Source: Camelus ferus (Eukaryota). From it: 64,000 bases of DNA. The stretch covers positions 104,596,001-104,660,000 of the forward strand of contig NC_045697.1 in assembly GCF_009834535.1 (NCBI RefSeq), written 5' to 3'. The notes under the pieces were generated by a model. It saw only the letters and a program-made list of their open reading frames with translations. It was not told where the DNA came from and searched no databases. The position numbers and the translations under genes are program-made. Positions 36,796 through 49,860 of the stretch are shown piece by piece (position 1 is the first letter of the stretch; each line of letters begins with the position of its first letter).

Positions 36796-38774
36796 TCCAT
36801 GTTTCTCCTTGATTTCAAAAGTTCTCCTCCCCTCAGTGCTCACAAGGGGCAACAGGCCTGGATGAAGAAACACACCCTCAGAAACCCCTCCTCTTACAGC
36901 TTCTGCTCACACCTGTTCAAACAGAGGATGTTCATATACATCCCACCTCTGATACCATGTCAGGGGCCACCATCCCTGGGGCACAGGGAAGAGGGTTGCT
37001 GTCACCAGTATCAGAGACTCAAAGCACCAGAGAGGAAATGGAGAGTAGAAATTCTCTAATCTCTACCGGAAAAGCATAAAGCAGGCAGAAAGGGGGTGGG
37101 TGGGGTGCTTCACAGGCCACTGTGCAACTGACCAACAAGAGCAAACTCCCAAGTGAGTCAGGCACCCTAGGGTTTTCCATGTGCTGTGTCCAGGAGCCAA
37201 ACACACTTTGGCTCAATAGCTCAATAATTCACATGACAAATGTGTATCAGGCACCTACTCAGTGCTAGGCACTGTGAGAGATGTTGAGGGTGGGCGCCCC
37301 AGTCCTCCTGGATCTGCAGTCCTGGTCCACAAGAGCATGAAGATGCCCAAGAGCCTCTCAGCATGATTAATAAGAAAGAACAGAGAGGCCAGATAGGCCA
37401 TGACTAAGAGGTCCATTTTCCAAATGGTGCTCTGAACCCAGGATGCGGTTGGTAAATAGAGAGGGAGGAGAACTAAGATTTACTGAGAACCTACTCTGTG
37501 CCTGGCAGTCTACGCTGAACATTCATGACCTCCATACATCCTTAGGAAAGAGGAAGAAAACGGATCTCTAAGTGGAGAAGTAGTGGAGAGTAGTACGTGG
37601 CAGGCCTTGGTTTTGAATCCAAGTCTGTCTAATTCTGAAGTGTATGATCTTTCTTCATCATTCACCACTCATAATCAGTTTCCTTACCTGGACATAACAA
37701 TATTGTGGGTCATTTGAGGAGATGTGTACAAGTGCTCTGTAAACTGTAAAACACTAAGCACATGTTACTGTTGTTGTGATCATATGTCACTGTTGTTATT
37801 ATCATGTTCAGAAATTTTGTACAAGTAGAACTGAACTCATCGGAAATCCTGGGCATTTAGACAATTCTATGATAAATGGGCCAAAGCAAGGAGGATGACT
37901 GTGCCACAGTAATGTAGGAAATAACATACTCTGCTTTTTCCTGATAAGTGGTTTATTATTCAAGGAAATTGGGTTTCTCTTAATGAGAAAAATAATTTGA
38001 AACTAAGTTTTACTTAATATTTAGTTTCTAAGAAGTTATGTAAAGCAAAATAAAATAATAAAATTGTAATATTCTAGATGTGATAAGAAATCTTATTCAA
38101 CACTGAGGTGAGATGTAAGCTTTAGTCAAGGGGGTAGAATTTTTCACAATTCTTGGGCAGCAGCTCTGTGAAAACAGATGGGCATTATCTTCTCAACTGC
38201 AAATTTGTTCTCGGTGTTTTTTCCCAAAAGATTTCATTGTGCCTGTGTTCACGGAAATGCATTTGCTTAAAATAAAATGGTTTTGTAATGTTTTAATATT
38301 TTTTTTCCTGTTTACAAGAATAACACCTGTTCATTACTGGGGTGGGGGGAGAAGTGCAGATGAAAATTTAAATACCAGAGACAAGCATTGTTAATACGCT
38401 GTGTGAACTTGTCAGCCAATTTTAAAACATTTCAATAAATTCAAAATTCTGATTTGAACTCTGACTCCTTTTATCAAGCAGGCTTCCTTTAGCAGAAGCA
38501 GCACTGACTTTATATGGGCAAAAACATAATTCCTGATAAAAAGCAATATGTTACAATGATCCAACTATGCAGCAATGGTTTAATAATTTAGGAGATCCAT
38601 GCTTGTACTAAAAAAAAAAAAGCAGTTACGTTACCACCTAAAACTCAAGCTAAAGGCATATGATTATATCAGAAAACACAAAACATATCTGAGGACACTG
38701 GGGAGAGGCAGGGGAGGACAGAGTTGGTTAAGAGGTGGGAAGAGGTTCACATGCCCCTGGGAGTGGTTTCCTGG

Positions 38775-38793
38775 GGCCTGCAGGTGGCGCTCC
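38775..38793 (+). promoter_or_regulatory. Candidate CTCF binding site
   Basis: ggCCTGCAGGTGGCGCtcc closely matches the CCASYAGRKGGCRS core. Confidence 0.45.
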
Positions 38794-39743
38794 TGTGCTC
38801 CCACACCAGCAATCTGGACCTGGTTGCTCACCCCCATCCTCACTGTGTGGCGCTGGTAAAACAGTGGGAAAATTAAGCCCTGTTCCTTCCCCTTTTTTCA
38901 CTCCACAAAGCAAAATTGGTATTCATATCCTCCTGACCCATTGAGTTAAATAAAATGTGACCTCTGGGGACTTCAGAGTCCCAAATTTTCTCACCAGTTT
39001 GCTAATGCTGGCATTTCTTTTAAAGACCAGGCCTAAGTCTTTCACTTCAGAAATGGAAATAAAAGACTAAATTCCCAAAGTATGGCTGAGGTACTCTTGT
39101 GGCATAAATGAAGTTTAATCAAAGCTAATCAGGTGAGGTGGGAAGCCATTTTGGATCACACGTAAGTTCAGGTAACCCCGGGCTGGAAGAGACTTGGGGT
39201 GAGAAGATTCATGAGGGAGACATGATACCTACTTGAATGAACTCTGTTTACTTTCAACTGACTGGGAACAAATAAAGGCCAAGCCAAAGTATTTTTGTCA
39301 TTTGGTTGCAAACACAGATGACACCCCCCTCATAACTTCAAGGATGTGTCCCTGCGTGTGACTCTGACAGCCAGCACACAGGACTTCCCTTGCAGTTTAT
39401 TCATTCGTCACGAACCCAAGATCCTGGGGCTGGGAGAGATCTTTAAAAATCATCTAGTTTTCAAAAAAAGAAAGTAAATCCCCAAGAGGTGAAATGAATT
39501 GCTAAAGATCAAATCTCTAGTCAATCTCTAGAATGCAGGCCCCCAGGCACATGTTACCGTCTTGATTTTATTTTGCTTATGGTCTCTCTGTACTAATTTC
39601 AGCATTAAGAGCCTTTACACATACACTAAATACAGTTTACCGACCTAAGGTAGCTGACCTACATCTGTTTTTACATGAGATACTTGCTTTTGCCCACTGT
39701 TTCTTTATAACAGCTATACCACAACATTGAAGAATTAATGGTG

Positions 39744-40374
39744 ATCCAGAGGAAACTCTAATTCAAAAAGACACATGCACCCAATGTTCAAAGCAGCAGT
39801 ATTTACAATAGTCAAGACATGGAAACAATCTTAAAGTCAATCAATAGATGACTGGATAAAGAAGAGGATATATACATACATACAATGGAATACTATTCAT
39901 CCACAAAAAGAATAAAATAATGCCATTTGCAGCAACATAAATGGACCTAGAGATCATCATTCTAAGTGAAGTAAGCCAGAAATAGAAAGCAAAATACCAT
40001 ATATCACTTATATGTAGAATCTGAAAAAAAAAAAAAAGAGACACAAACGTATTTATTTACAAAACGGAAACAGACTCGCAGACATAGAAAATAAACTTAT
40101 AGATACCAGGGCGGGAAAGGGTCTGGGAAGGGATAAACTGGGAGTATGAGATTTGTAGATACGAACTAGTATATATAAAGTAGATAAACAACAATTTTCT
40201 ACTGTACAGCACAGGGAGCTATATTCAATATCTTGTAGTAACCAATAGTGAAAAAGAATATGAAAAGGAATATATATATACATATGTATGACTGAAACAT
40301 TATGCTGTACACCAGAAATTGACACAACAATGTAAACTGAATATTCATCAATTAAAATTTTTAAATTTTTTTAA
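39744..40374 (+). mobile_element. 5'-truncated LINE-1 (end of ORF2 plus 3' UTR) with TSD
   Basis: aaagacacatgcacccaatgttc..gacctagagatcatcattctaagtgaagtaagccag. TSD aagaattaatggtg (39730-43) / aagacttaatggtg (40375-88). Confidence 0.92.
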
Positions 40375-40405
40375 AAGACTTAATGGTGGGTTTAAAAGAG
40401 TGACG

Positions 40406-40965
40406 GTGATGGTTAATTTTATATGTGAACTTGACTGGGCTACAGGGTGCCAAGATATTTGGTCAAACATTATTCTGGTTGTTTCAGTGGGAGTGTTTTG
40501 GATCAGATTAACATTTAAATCAGTAGACTGAATAAAACACATTGTCCTCCATAATGAGTGGGTGTCCCTAGTGTGGGTGGGTGTCCCTAGTGTGCGTGGG
40601 CCTCATCCAATCAGTTGAAGGCCTGACTAGAACTAAAAAGCTGATCATCCCCCAGGTGAAAAAGAGTTCCTGCCCAATAGCCTTTGAAATGGGACATCAA
40701 TTTTTTTCCTGCCTTTAAACTCAAATTGAAACATCAGCATTTCCAGGGCGTCCAGCCGACCAGCCTTCAGACGAGAACTACACCATTGGCTGTTCTGGTT
40801 CTCAGGCCTTCAGACACAGACTGGAACTAAACCATCAGCTCTCTTGGGTCCCCACCTTGTCAACTTACCCTGCAAATCTTGGGATTTGTCAGCCTCCCAA
40901 AACATGTGAGCCAATTCCAATCAATCAATCAATCTTCTGTTTCCCTGGAGAATCCTGACCAATAA
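40406..40965 (+). mobile_element. MLT2 (ERVL) solo LTR
   Basis: gtgatggttaattttatatgtgaacttgactggg ... ttctgtttccctggagaatcctgaccaata. Confidence 0.88.
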
Positions 40966-41264
40966 TGTTCAGATGCTGTATCTCTCACATGCCTCAAAAT
41001 ACACTTTCAAGGTAGTTTTACAAGCTTTGCTCAGCTTCAATATAAATCATTTGGTACCCCCATCATAGTTCAGATACATTAAAGGACAAAACAGCAGAAT
41101 GAACTGTTAAATGTCACTTTGATTAACTGGGAAATTTGGAGGTTAAGTTCTTGGACCTGCAAAATTCCCTGACTGGATCAAAAGTCCTCTGAGGAAGCAG
41201 ATCAGCCTGGGGGTGGCTAGCCAGGGAAAGGGAAAAGAAAGAAGAGTTTCATTTTTTTTAAATA

Positions 41265-41800
41265 GCAATAATTAGCATTTATTTGGCACCTACTGTATGC
41301 CAGGCACTTTGAAATTATTCATTCATCCATCAGATATTATTGAGCAATTTTTCAGGTACTAGACATATTCAAGGTGCTGGGGATACAACCATGTAAAAAC
41401 AGACCAGTTTTCCTACTCTCATGGATCTTATAGTTTAGAGAAGGGAGACAGACAAGAAACAAATGTTATGGAGAAAAATAAAGGAGGAAGAAGGGAGAGA
41501 TAGTACCAGGTGGAATGAAGTATAATTTTCAATAGGGTTGTCAGAGAAGGCATTACCAAAGCCAAGGTGACACTTGAGAATAGAGCTGGATGAAGGAGGT
41601 GAGGAAACAAGTCACATGGGGAAAGATTTTTCAGGCATAAAATCAGCAAGTGCAAAGGGCCTGAGGTAGATGGCTGTTTGTCCATTCAGAGAACATCAAG
41701 GAAGCCAGTGGGTCTGGAGCAAAGTTAGCATGGAAAGAGTAGCAGTAGATTAGGTCATAGAAACAACAATGAACCAGATCATGTAGTCTTTAGTATCTGT
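41265..41800 (-). mobile_element. LINE-2 3' region with adjacent MIR pieces
   Basis: ttcattcatcc..tattgagc..ggtgctggggatacaa; gcaagtgcaaagggcctgagg. Confidence 0.7.
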
Positions 41801-42636
41801 GAGATAGCCAGTAAGAGTGGTGTAAATGAAATAACTGGGGTTCAGAGTGGTTTGTAACTTTCCCACAATAACTTAGCCAGTAAATGGCAGAGCCTGGCAT
41901 AGGTGCATGAGGGTCTAAAGCCTTTATTTCTTCCACTTTATTATATTATCTTTCTCCAGAAAAAGTTTAGAGCCTATCCAATTGTTTTGTGTACCCTGGT
42001 AAATATTGGTTTTTTTCTTTTTACTACCCAGGAAATCACATATCCTTCCTATTTGGAGGGAAGTCCCCCTGTATGAGTCCTGGCTTGCCAGAGTAATACC
42101 AAATGACCAGATAGCCCTTCTCCCTTGCCCATGACAGCTGGAGTGAGAGCATGGAACCTGAGTCAACTTGATGCCTCTGACCTAGGCTTTGAATCTTGAG
42201 GATATAGCCAAACAGGGGGCATTTAGCAATGCTGGTGGCAAGTGTCCATCAGAGGCAGTGGCAGTAGCAGGATCTTGGCTGTGTCACTGATTCCTCCATT
42301 TTTATCAGCCTGGGTTTCATCACTACTAACTAATAATTTTGTGAGCCAAAAAAGATGAAGGAGCATCTTTTTCAGCTCCAATTACACACTTCTGAAATTG
42401 TGCAAGACTTTAAATTGGAAAAAAATAAGATTATTGCATGTCCTATTCAGCATACCCTTCCTGGTTATCTCTGCCTTTTATTGTTTCTAAGCTATTTTAC
42501 AACTCCATAATTGGTAGAAAGCTGAAAATTAAACAAATGATTCTTGTCCATACAAATGCTAATTAGCTTTTTTTGGAGAGAATGCAATTGATTACTGCCT
42601 GTGGATAGATTCATATCACATGTGTTTGTTAATGTT

Positions 42637-42915
42637 AAAATTCATTTTAGCACTCCTTATGCCCCTATGTAAGTGTGTGGTACTTTGAATTCTCCTCTCA
42701 ACCAGTTGTAACTTCTTATCAAGTTCCCTCAATTATTAATGAGTTGGATAAAATCTACACCATGTTGCATTCATTTGTTAATTCATTTCAGTATTCCTTC
42801 TCTGCCTATATATGTGTGTTACTTTGAATTCTTTTAACCCATAACATCTTACTGGTTCCCTCAACAATTAATGAGTTAAACAAAATCTATGATGCATGTT
42901 CATCTTATATTTGTA
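42637..42915. repeat. Diverged ~140-bp tandem duplication
   Basis: Two collinear units sharing aattcattt, tgtgtg.tactttgaattct, gttccctcaa, attaatgagtt, aaaatcta and catgtt. Confidence 0.85.
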
Positions 42916-44962
42916 GCAGAGGCATGATTTTGCCACTTAAAATATTATTCTCTAATGATGGTGAGCAAGAAAATTACATCACTGTCCTGTCTTTAAGTCG
43001 GAGATCTCCCCCACCCCTTGACCTCCACCCACTGCACACAGCCATGTACCTCATGAGGCAGGAGACCCAGGTTAAAGTGGGCTCCCTGGACTTCAGTTCC
43101 TTCATCTTTGAAATAAAGAGGATAGATTCAGTATTATTGAAGATCCAACACAACCCTAACCCCTTCTGATTGACTGTTTTACATACCTTTATGTTTTCTT
43201 CCCACTATCTTTTGTGAGTTTCTCATCCCTTTTCCCAGGTTCTGCTGTATTTATTTCTCTTTATTTCACTTTCCACCACAGCATACCCTGGTTTCTTTCT
43301 CTTAATTTCTCAAGGTTCAATTCAGCTTCCTGTCTCCCCACATCCCAATACACACACGCACACACACAAATACAAACCTCTCTGTGGGAACCAAAAGACT
43401 ATAACAAACTTGCAGTTATTACAGGATTACATGGAAGAAACAAGTCATTTCCACTCTGCTTTGCCCTTAATCCCCCCTCCCAAAGAAACTACCTCAAAAC
43501 AAAACAAACAAGTACTTCACTAAAAGGCAAACTAGTTGAACAAACAAACCACTTTGATCTCACTGTTCAGTTGAACCCAAAGGAAGCTGAATAACAGCAC
43601 AAGTAATGGACTTTCTCTTTTTCTTCTCCACCAGTTCCCTGGCCAGAACCGCACTGAGGCTTGTCCAGTCACGTCAGGAGAAAGCACATTCTGAGCATCT
43701 CTTTGTAGCTGATGCAGACAACAGATCTGGCCTGCATGGCAAGGACTCAGGAGTCCCTGATTGTTTCCCTGCATTTCACACAACAGAACAAGAGTCGTCA
43801 ACCACCCTTGGGAAATCTGCTCTTACCAAATGCTTTCACTTATATTTTTCTACCAAGTTCAATTAAGAATTAAGATGGTATCTTTTCCATCTAAAGACAA
43901 GACCGAGGAGGAGAGCCAAATTTGATTCTCTCAAAGGTTGTTTCTAGCATTAATTGCTGGCCATTGTGATGTGATGTCTAAGGTTTCTTACATCTCATAA
44001 AATATCATGGGGTGTTTGGAGGTGGAAGGAACTGTGCCAAACGAAGAAAACAAGAGGAACTTCCAGGCCAGGGAGATGCAGATGCAAAGTATGGACTCTT
44101 CACAGACCCCAGAGCTCTGGGCACAGGGAGTAAGTAGTTCAATGTGGCTGCAGTAAGGGGCTGTGTAGGGTTGGGGAGGAGGAGGAGGCAGAGGATTATG
44201 AGGAGGTAAGTCTGCAAAGGTAAGTGAGAGCTAGACTGTAAGGGCCAGACTGCCCCCTGCACTGCCACGGGGTTCAGAAAAGGAGGATTCTGTCAGATCT
44301 GCTTCTTTATAACCCTACAAAACACAGAGATGTGACTTCTGAAACTTCCCTTTGGAGGCACTCATTTCAAACTAAGTGTTTCCCCACACACAAATACCAA
44401 GAAGTCATTTGACCCTCATGTTTGCTGAAAAGTACAACTATGGAAAATGTATGTGTAGTTGAGAGTTTTGGCTTTTATCCGTGCAAACTTTTGCATGTGA
44501 TCATCTTTCCCTCCCCACCCCACCACCCTCCCTCCAGCATCAGGAAGTCATTGAGCAATCATCAGTAAAAGTAAACATGCACAGTTGCAACAACTCCAAA
44601 CACTTTATGGTGCATTCATGACTCAGGAATTTGGGTCGAAGAACATGATCGTTCTCCATCAAAGAATTTCAAATACATATTCACTTTGATTTTAGTCTCC
44701 TGAGGAACATATGGACAGGTGACGCTTCAGTTGCCTTGTTTAATGGCTTGCACTGGGCTCTCTGCTGGGGCATGCTTCCCTATGCCTGCGGAGAGGTTTG
44801 GTAAGAAGGACTACCATCTTGATAAACTCACACAGTTTCCTGAATCTAAGATCTCCTGCTCCAAGGTACAATCAGCCTGGAGCAAACACAAGAGAGCAGG
44901 TCTGTCTTCAGCATGCTCCCACCTAATTCTCATTTTATCTCTTCTTTACTGAGACTCACCAG

Positions 44963-46693
44963 GTGTCTTAGGCAGCTCAGGCTGCAAAAACCCAATATCA
45001 TAGACTGGATGGCTGGAAAGCCAAGCTCAAGGTGACAGCAGGGTCAGTGTCTGGTGAGAGTTCTTTCTCCTTGGACTGCATACAGCTGCCTCTGCTGCAT
45101 CCTCATATGGCCTTTCCTCTGTACTTGCCTGGAGAAAGAGAGATATTCTCTGTCTCTCTGTCTGTCTCTCTTTTTCTCTTTCTCTCTTTCACTCTCTCTT
45201 TCTCCCCTTCTCCTCCTTATAAGTGCACTAATCCCATCATGAAGACCCTACCCTCATGACTTAATTGCATCCCGATGGTCCCATCTCCAAATACCATCAC
45301 ATTGGAGGTTAAGGCTTCAACATATGAATTGGGGGGTGAGGGGAACAAACATTTAGTCTAAACATTCTGCGCCTGCCCCCCCCCCCAAATCCATGTCCTT
45401 CTTGACTGCAAAATATATTCATTCCATCCCAACAGCCTATAAGTCTTAATTCATTCCAGCATCAACTCTAAATTCCAAAAACTCATTTAAACATCATCTA
45501 AATCAGATATGGGTGAAACTTGAGAGGTGATTCATCCTGAGGCAAAAATTCCTCTTCAGCTGTGAACCTATGAAAACAGACAAGTTGTATGCTTCCAACA
45601 TATATTCCAATATATTCCATGGGCTGGAATTCCCATTCCAGGAGGGAGAAATAGGAAAAAAGGAAAAGGTGGTGGTGGGTCCTAAGCGAGTCCAAAACCT
45701 AACAAGGCAAATTCCATCAGACATTAAGTCTTGAGAAAAATCCTCTTTGGTTTGATGCTCTGCCTTCTGTACTCACTGGGGCAGGAGTCCCACATCTCCA
45801 AGTCTTTGCCAGACAGGAGTTACGCCCCCAAGGCTTGGGGCACTTGGTCCCTACAGTTCCACAGGGCAGCTCCACTCCTGAGGCACTGGGTGGGACCCTC
45901 CTGATCCACAGAAACAAGAGCGGGGCAGGGTAGGGGTGGCCCTACCTGTGTAACTGAAGAGGAGACAGCCTTGCCCTGGGAGTGGGAGCAGCAGTCCTCA
46001 CAATCTCTGAGTCTTACTGGGTGCTGTTCTTCCCTTTCCTTTAGGAAAGCACAAGCTTACAGCCAGATAGATCTATGGTTCTGTCTTGACATAAGACAGG
46101 AAGTCTGACAGCCTTCCTTCATTTTGTCCCATCTCTGTCCCCTTCAGTTCAAACCAGCAGTGTTTCTGCTCCTATAATCCCATAAACTTTTATCCATCGC
46201 ATAATAAAGCAGCCACACCTTTGGTGTTCTCTTCAGAACATACTTCCTCACTGTTTTCAATATGGATAGGATGAGGATTTCACAAATCTTCAAGTTCTGG
46301 TTCCTTTGCTCAACAATTTCTTCTTCAGTTCATCTCTCTCTTCCCTCATTCCTCAGTGAAGAGAAATCAAGCCACTCCTTCAACACTCTGCTCAGAAATA
46401 TCCTCAGCTATATATCCAATTTCATCACCCACAAATTCTATCTTCCACAAAACACTAGAACACAGTTCAGCCCAGTTCTTTGCCTCTGTATAACAAAGAT
46501 CACCTTCCTTCCAGTTTCTGATAACATGTTCCTTGTTTCCATCTGAGACTTCACCAGAATTGCCCTTAACATCCATATTTCCAGCATGCACCTTAAAACT
46601 CTTCCAGCCTCTACTCATCACCCAGTTCCAAAGCTGCTTCCATAATTTAGGTATTTGTTACAGCAACACCGTACTTCTCAGTATCAAAATCTC
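44963..46693 (-). mobile_element. MaLR element: MLT1/MST-type LTR (44963-45364) plus internal region (45365-46693)
   Basis: The LTR is followed by a C-rich polypurine-tract complement (ctgccccccccccaaatccatgtcc) and MaLR-int motifs (atgggtgaaacttgagag; cccagttccaaagctgcttcc; cagcaacacc.tacttctcagtatcaaaatc). Confidence 0.8.
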
Positions 46694-46718
46694 TCTTATT
46701 GGGTTCTCCAATAACAGG

Positions 46719-46814
<96 letters not shown>

Positions 46815-47243
46815 GAAGGAAGAAAGAAAGAAAGAAAAGGGATTTATTATAAGGAACTGGCTTACACAATTTTGGAGGCTGAGATGTTCCAAGATCTGTA
46901 GTCAGAAAGCTAGAGATCCAGGAAAGCCAAAAGTGTAAGTTCTAGCCTGATTACAAGACCAAAGGCAAGAGAAGACCAATGTCTCAGCTCAAAAACAGTC
47001 AGGCAGAGGGAAAGAATTCCTTCTTACTCTGCCTTTTTATTCTATTCATGCCTTCAATGAATTGGATGAGGCCACGCTGATTGGGGGAGTGACAGTGGCG
47101 GGCAATCTGCTTTACTCCGTCTACTGATTCAAATGTTAATATCATTTAGAAACATCCTCACAGACAAACCCAGAAATAAAGCTTAACCAAATACCTGGGC
47201 ACCCTGTGGTCTGATCACACTGACACATTAACTATTATATCAA
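46694..47243 (-). mobile_element. MLT2 LTR containing a compound microsatellite
   Basis: gggttctcca..gatttattataaggaactggc..tgacacattaactatta. Confidence 0.8.
46719..46838. repeat. Compound tetranucleotide microsatellite (AGAT)n(GAAA)n
   Basis: About 10 AGAT units, then a long GAAA run with a short GGAA interruption. Confidence 0.97.
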
Positions 47244-47454
47244 GTCAGGCTGCCATGACCTGCTTTCTACTTTTTTCCTCACATGTTTAACCCTAACCTC
47301 ACCTGTTCATCACAATTTTCTGATTTTTGTCCAATAATCAAAATGTTTCTAAGAGACAGCCTGATTGCTCTAAAAATTACTAGTAAGATATTGAGTGCAA
47401 ATGACTTAACAATTATTCTCCCTATTGCATTTAACCTGCGCTTTACTTAAGGGA

Positions 47455-47772
47455 GACTTAAAAAATCTATTGTAGTAAGATACGTATAGCATAACATTTA
47501 CCATTTTTACCATTTTAAAATGTACAACTCAGTGGGATTAAGTACTTCTGCAGTGTGGCACAACCATTACCATTATCTAGTGCCAGAACTTTGCCAGCAC
47601 TCCGAAAGGAAACCCCATGCCCATTAAGCCGTCACTCCCCACTCCCCACCAGCCCAGCCCTTGGCAATCACTAATCTGCTTTCTATTTCTGTGGATTTGC
47701 CTGTTCTGGATATTTCATATAAATGGAATCATACCCTACTTGGCCTTTAGTGTCTGGTTTCCTTCACTCAGT
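47455..47772 (-). mobile_element. Older L1M-type 3' end
   Basis: tgtacaactcagtgg..ggcaatcactaatctgctttc..ctggatatttcatataaatggaatcata. Confidence 0.8.
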
Positions 47773-47904
47773 TAAGAAAGCATGTTAGCCTCCTCAGCTA
47801 AGGTGAAAAAAATGGAAAGTAGAATGTATTTGGTGATGTCAACATTTTGAGATATCTTTAAAATCACCAACTTTCTATTCAGTTGTTTTATGAAGATTTG
47901 AAGT

Positions 47905-48078
47905 GGGGGAGGGTATAGCTCAGTGGTAGAGACCTGTTTAGCATGCATGAGGTCCTGGGTTCAATTCCCAGTACCTCCATTAAAAAATTAAATAAGTAAA
48001 TAAACCTAATTATCTCCTCCCCTAAAAATAAAAAAATGATAATAAATTAAAAATTAAAAATCTGAAGAAAAAAAAAAA
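47905..48078 (+). mobile_element. tRNA-derived SINE (Vic-1-like)
   Basis: gggggagggtatagctcagtggtagag..ggtcctgggttcaattcccagtacctcc plus A tail. Imperfect TSD aagatttgaagt / aagattggaggt. Confidence 0.92.
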
Positions 48079-49653
48079 AGATTGGAGGTACTCATCTGTG
48101 ATTCTTCTGTCCCAGACAATCAGCCTTTGTTATTAATTCTTTCCTTCCACGGAGGTTTGAGGCAGCCAAACACAAGTTGGAACCAGGGCAGGGTGGTGCA
48201 TGTGAGGACACTTCAGGGGGTCCTACCTCCCCACTGCAGGCCTTCCTTCCCTGAAAGTGACCTGGCAGGACCACGGGGTCATAATGTCATGCAGCCCTCA
48301 GGGGCACAAGGAAATGCCTGTCCCCCAACACTTTAGGTCTTCGGAAAAATAAAAGTAAGCCCATCTCTGGCAGAAAGGGAAATTATTCATGGACTTTATT
48401 TAAAAAGAGAAACTGTATTTATAGGGGAAAAAAAAGGACGCCACTTCAATTCCAAAAATCATTTCCAGAAGAAGCTTTTGAATCAAATGCAAATTAGAGA
48501 TACTCCCTTCCTAGTTCACATGGCACAGCTACTGAGCCATGGAAGGGCCCCCAGGTTTGCTGAGATGCTGGTTTCTCCAGTGTGGGTAACCAGAGGAAGC
48601 CACAGCTTTATATATAAGGGACTGCCCTGTACAGACAGCCAGCCCAGCCTGCAAGTCTGCTGAAGTTTTGTGGGAAAGGAGCAGTTTGGCAGCCCCCAGT
48701 CTAAAGGGTCTGAGAATGGCAGCCAAAGGGCACAGAGGCCGCTTAAAAATGCCCAACGCTGGAGGCCCCACTGGAGGACTTCAGTCTATGTCCCAGATTA
48801 CGTGCCACTCACCCCCCAGATCTATGTGACCTGATGTACATACTACGCTGAGGCGTTACTTTTCCTTTTCAGCCCCTCTTTTTTAACCAGTCTTGCATTT
48901 TTATTAATAACCAAACACAAAGAGCTTGTAAATATTTTTAGTCTTTATTTCTATCCTGTTACTATTAATATTTTTGCTAAGATCAAAGTCTGGGTTCATC
49001 CTCCAAAGGGTTCATGTTTTCCTGCTTCTATTTCAAAATATGGACCACAGAGTCTTTATTATTTTGGTCCCTGATGGCCAGCTTAGATTTAATTATATAT
49101 AAGTATTTAGCAACTCTGAACAAATCCATGTGAGGATGAAAGAAAGATCACAGGCTGGTTTGGGCACAAAGGCCTTTTCTCTTTCCTTTTAGGAGTTTCT
49201 GAAGTCTATAACTGAACACGGGACTCTGGCTTAAAATTCACAATGATTCCTTCTTAAATAATAGCATTTCTCTTTATAGAGGTCTGTTAGCCCTAGTGGA
49301 TCCCTGTTTGATGCCATAGACATTTACATTCAAAAGACAGGGCTACATGGCAAGGCCACTGGGTTTTAACAGACACACCTGAATTTATCCAAACAAATGA
49401 ATGCTGTCTGCCTCAAATAGGTAGCAATATTCCAAGGACTTTGCTATTGTTTAAAACAACTTTGGAACTCCAGTTAGGAACTGCCTTCCTTCACACACAG
49501 AGGGAATTATTTTGAATTTCCTGAATGGTTAAAAGAAAATCTTTTTCTCATCAGTGTAAGTTTTGCTTTCAGAAATAATCAGGTCATTCAATAAGGCAGA
49601 AGGTAATTGACTAGACAGAACTGCTTTAGCCTAAATGAGAAATGACTACAACA

Positions 49654-49848
49654 ACAAGTTTATACTGTATAGCACAGAGAACCATATTCACTATCTTGTA
49701 GTAATCTACAATGAAAAATATGAAAATGAATATGTATATGTATATGTATGACTGAACCACTATGCTGTACCCTAGAAATTGATACAACATTTTAAACTGA
49801 CTATACGTCAATAAAAAAATAAATAAATGAAAACAAAAACAGAAGAAA
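49654..49848 (+). mobile_element. Short LINE-1 3' end (first of a tandem pair)
   Basis: tatactgtatagcacagaga..tatgctgtaccctagaaattgatac plus A-rich tail. Confidence 0.88.
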
Positions 49849-49860
49849 AAACTGACTACA

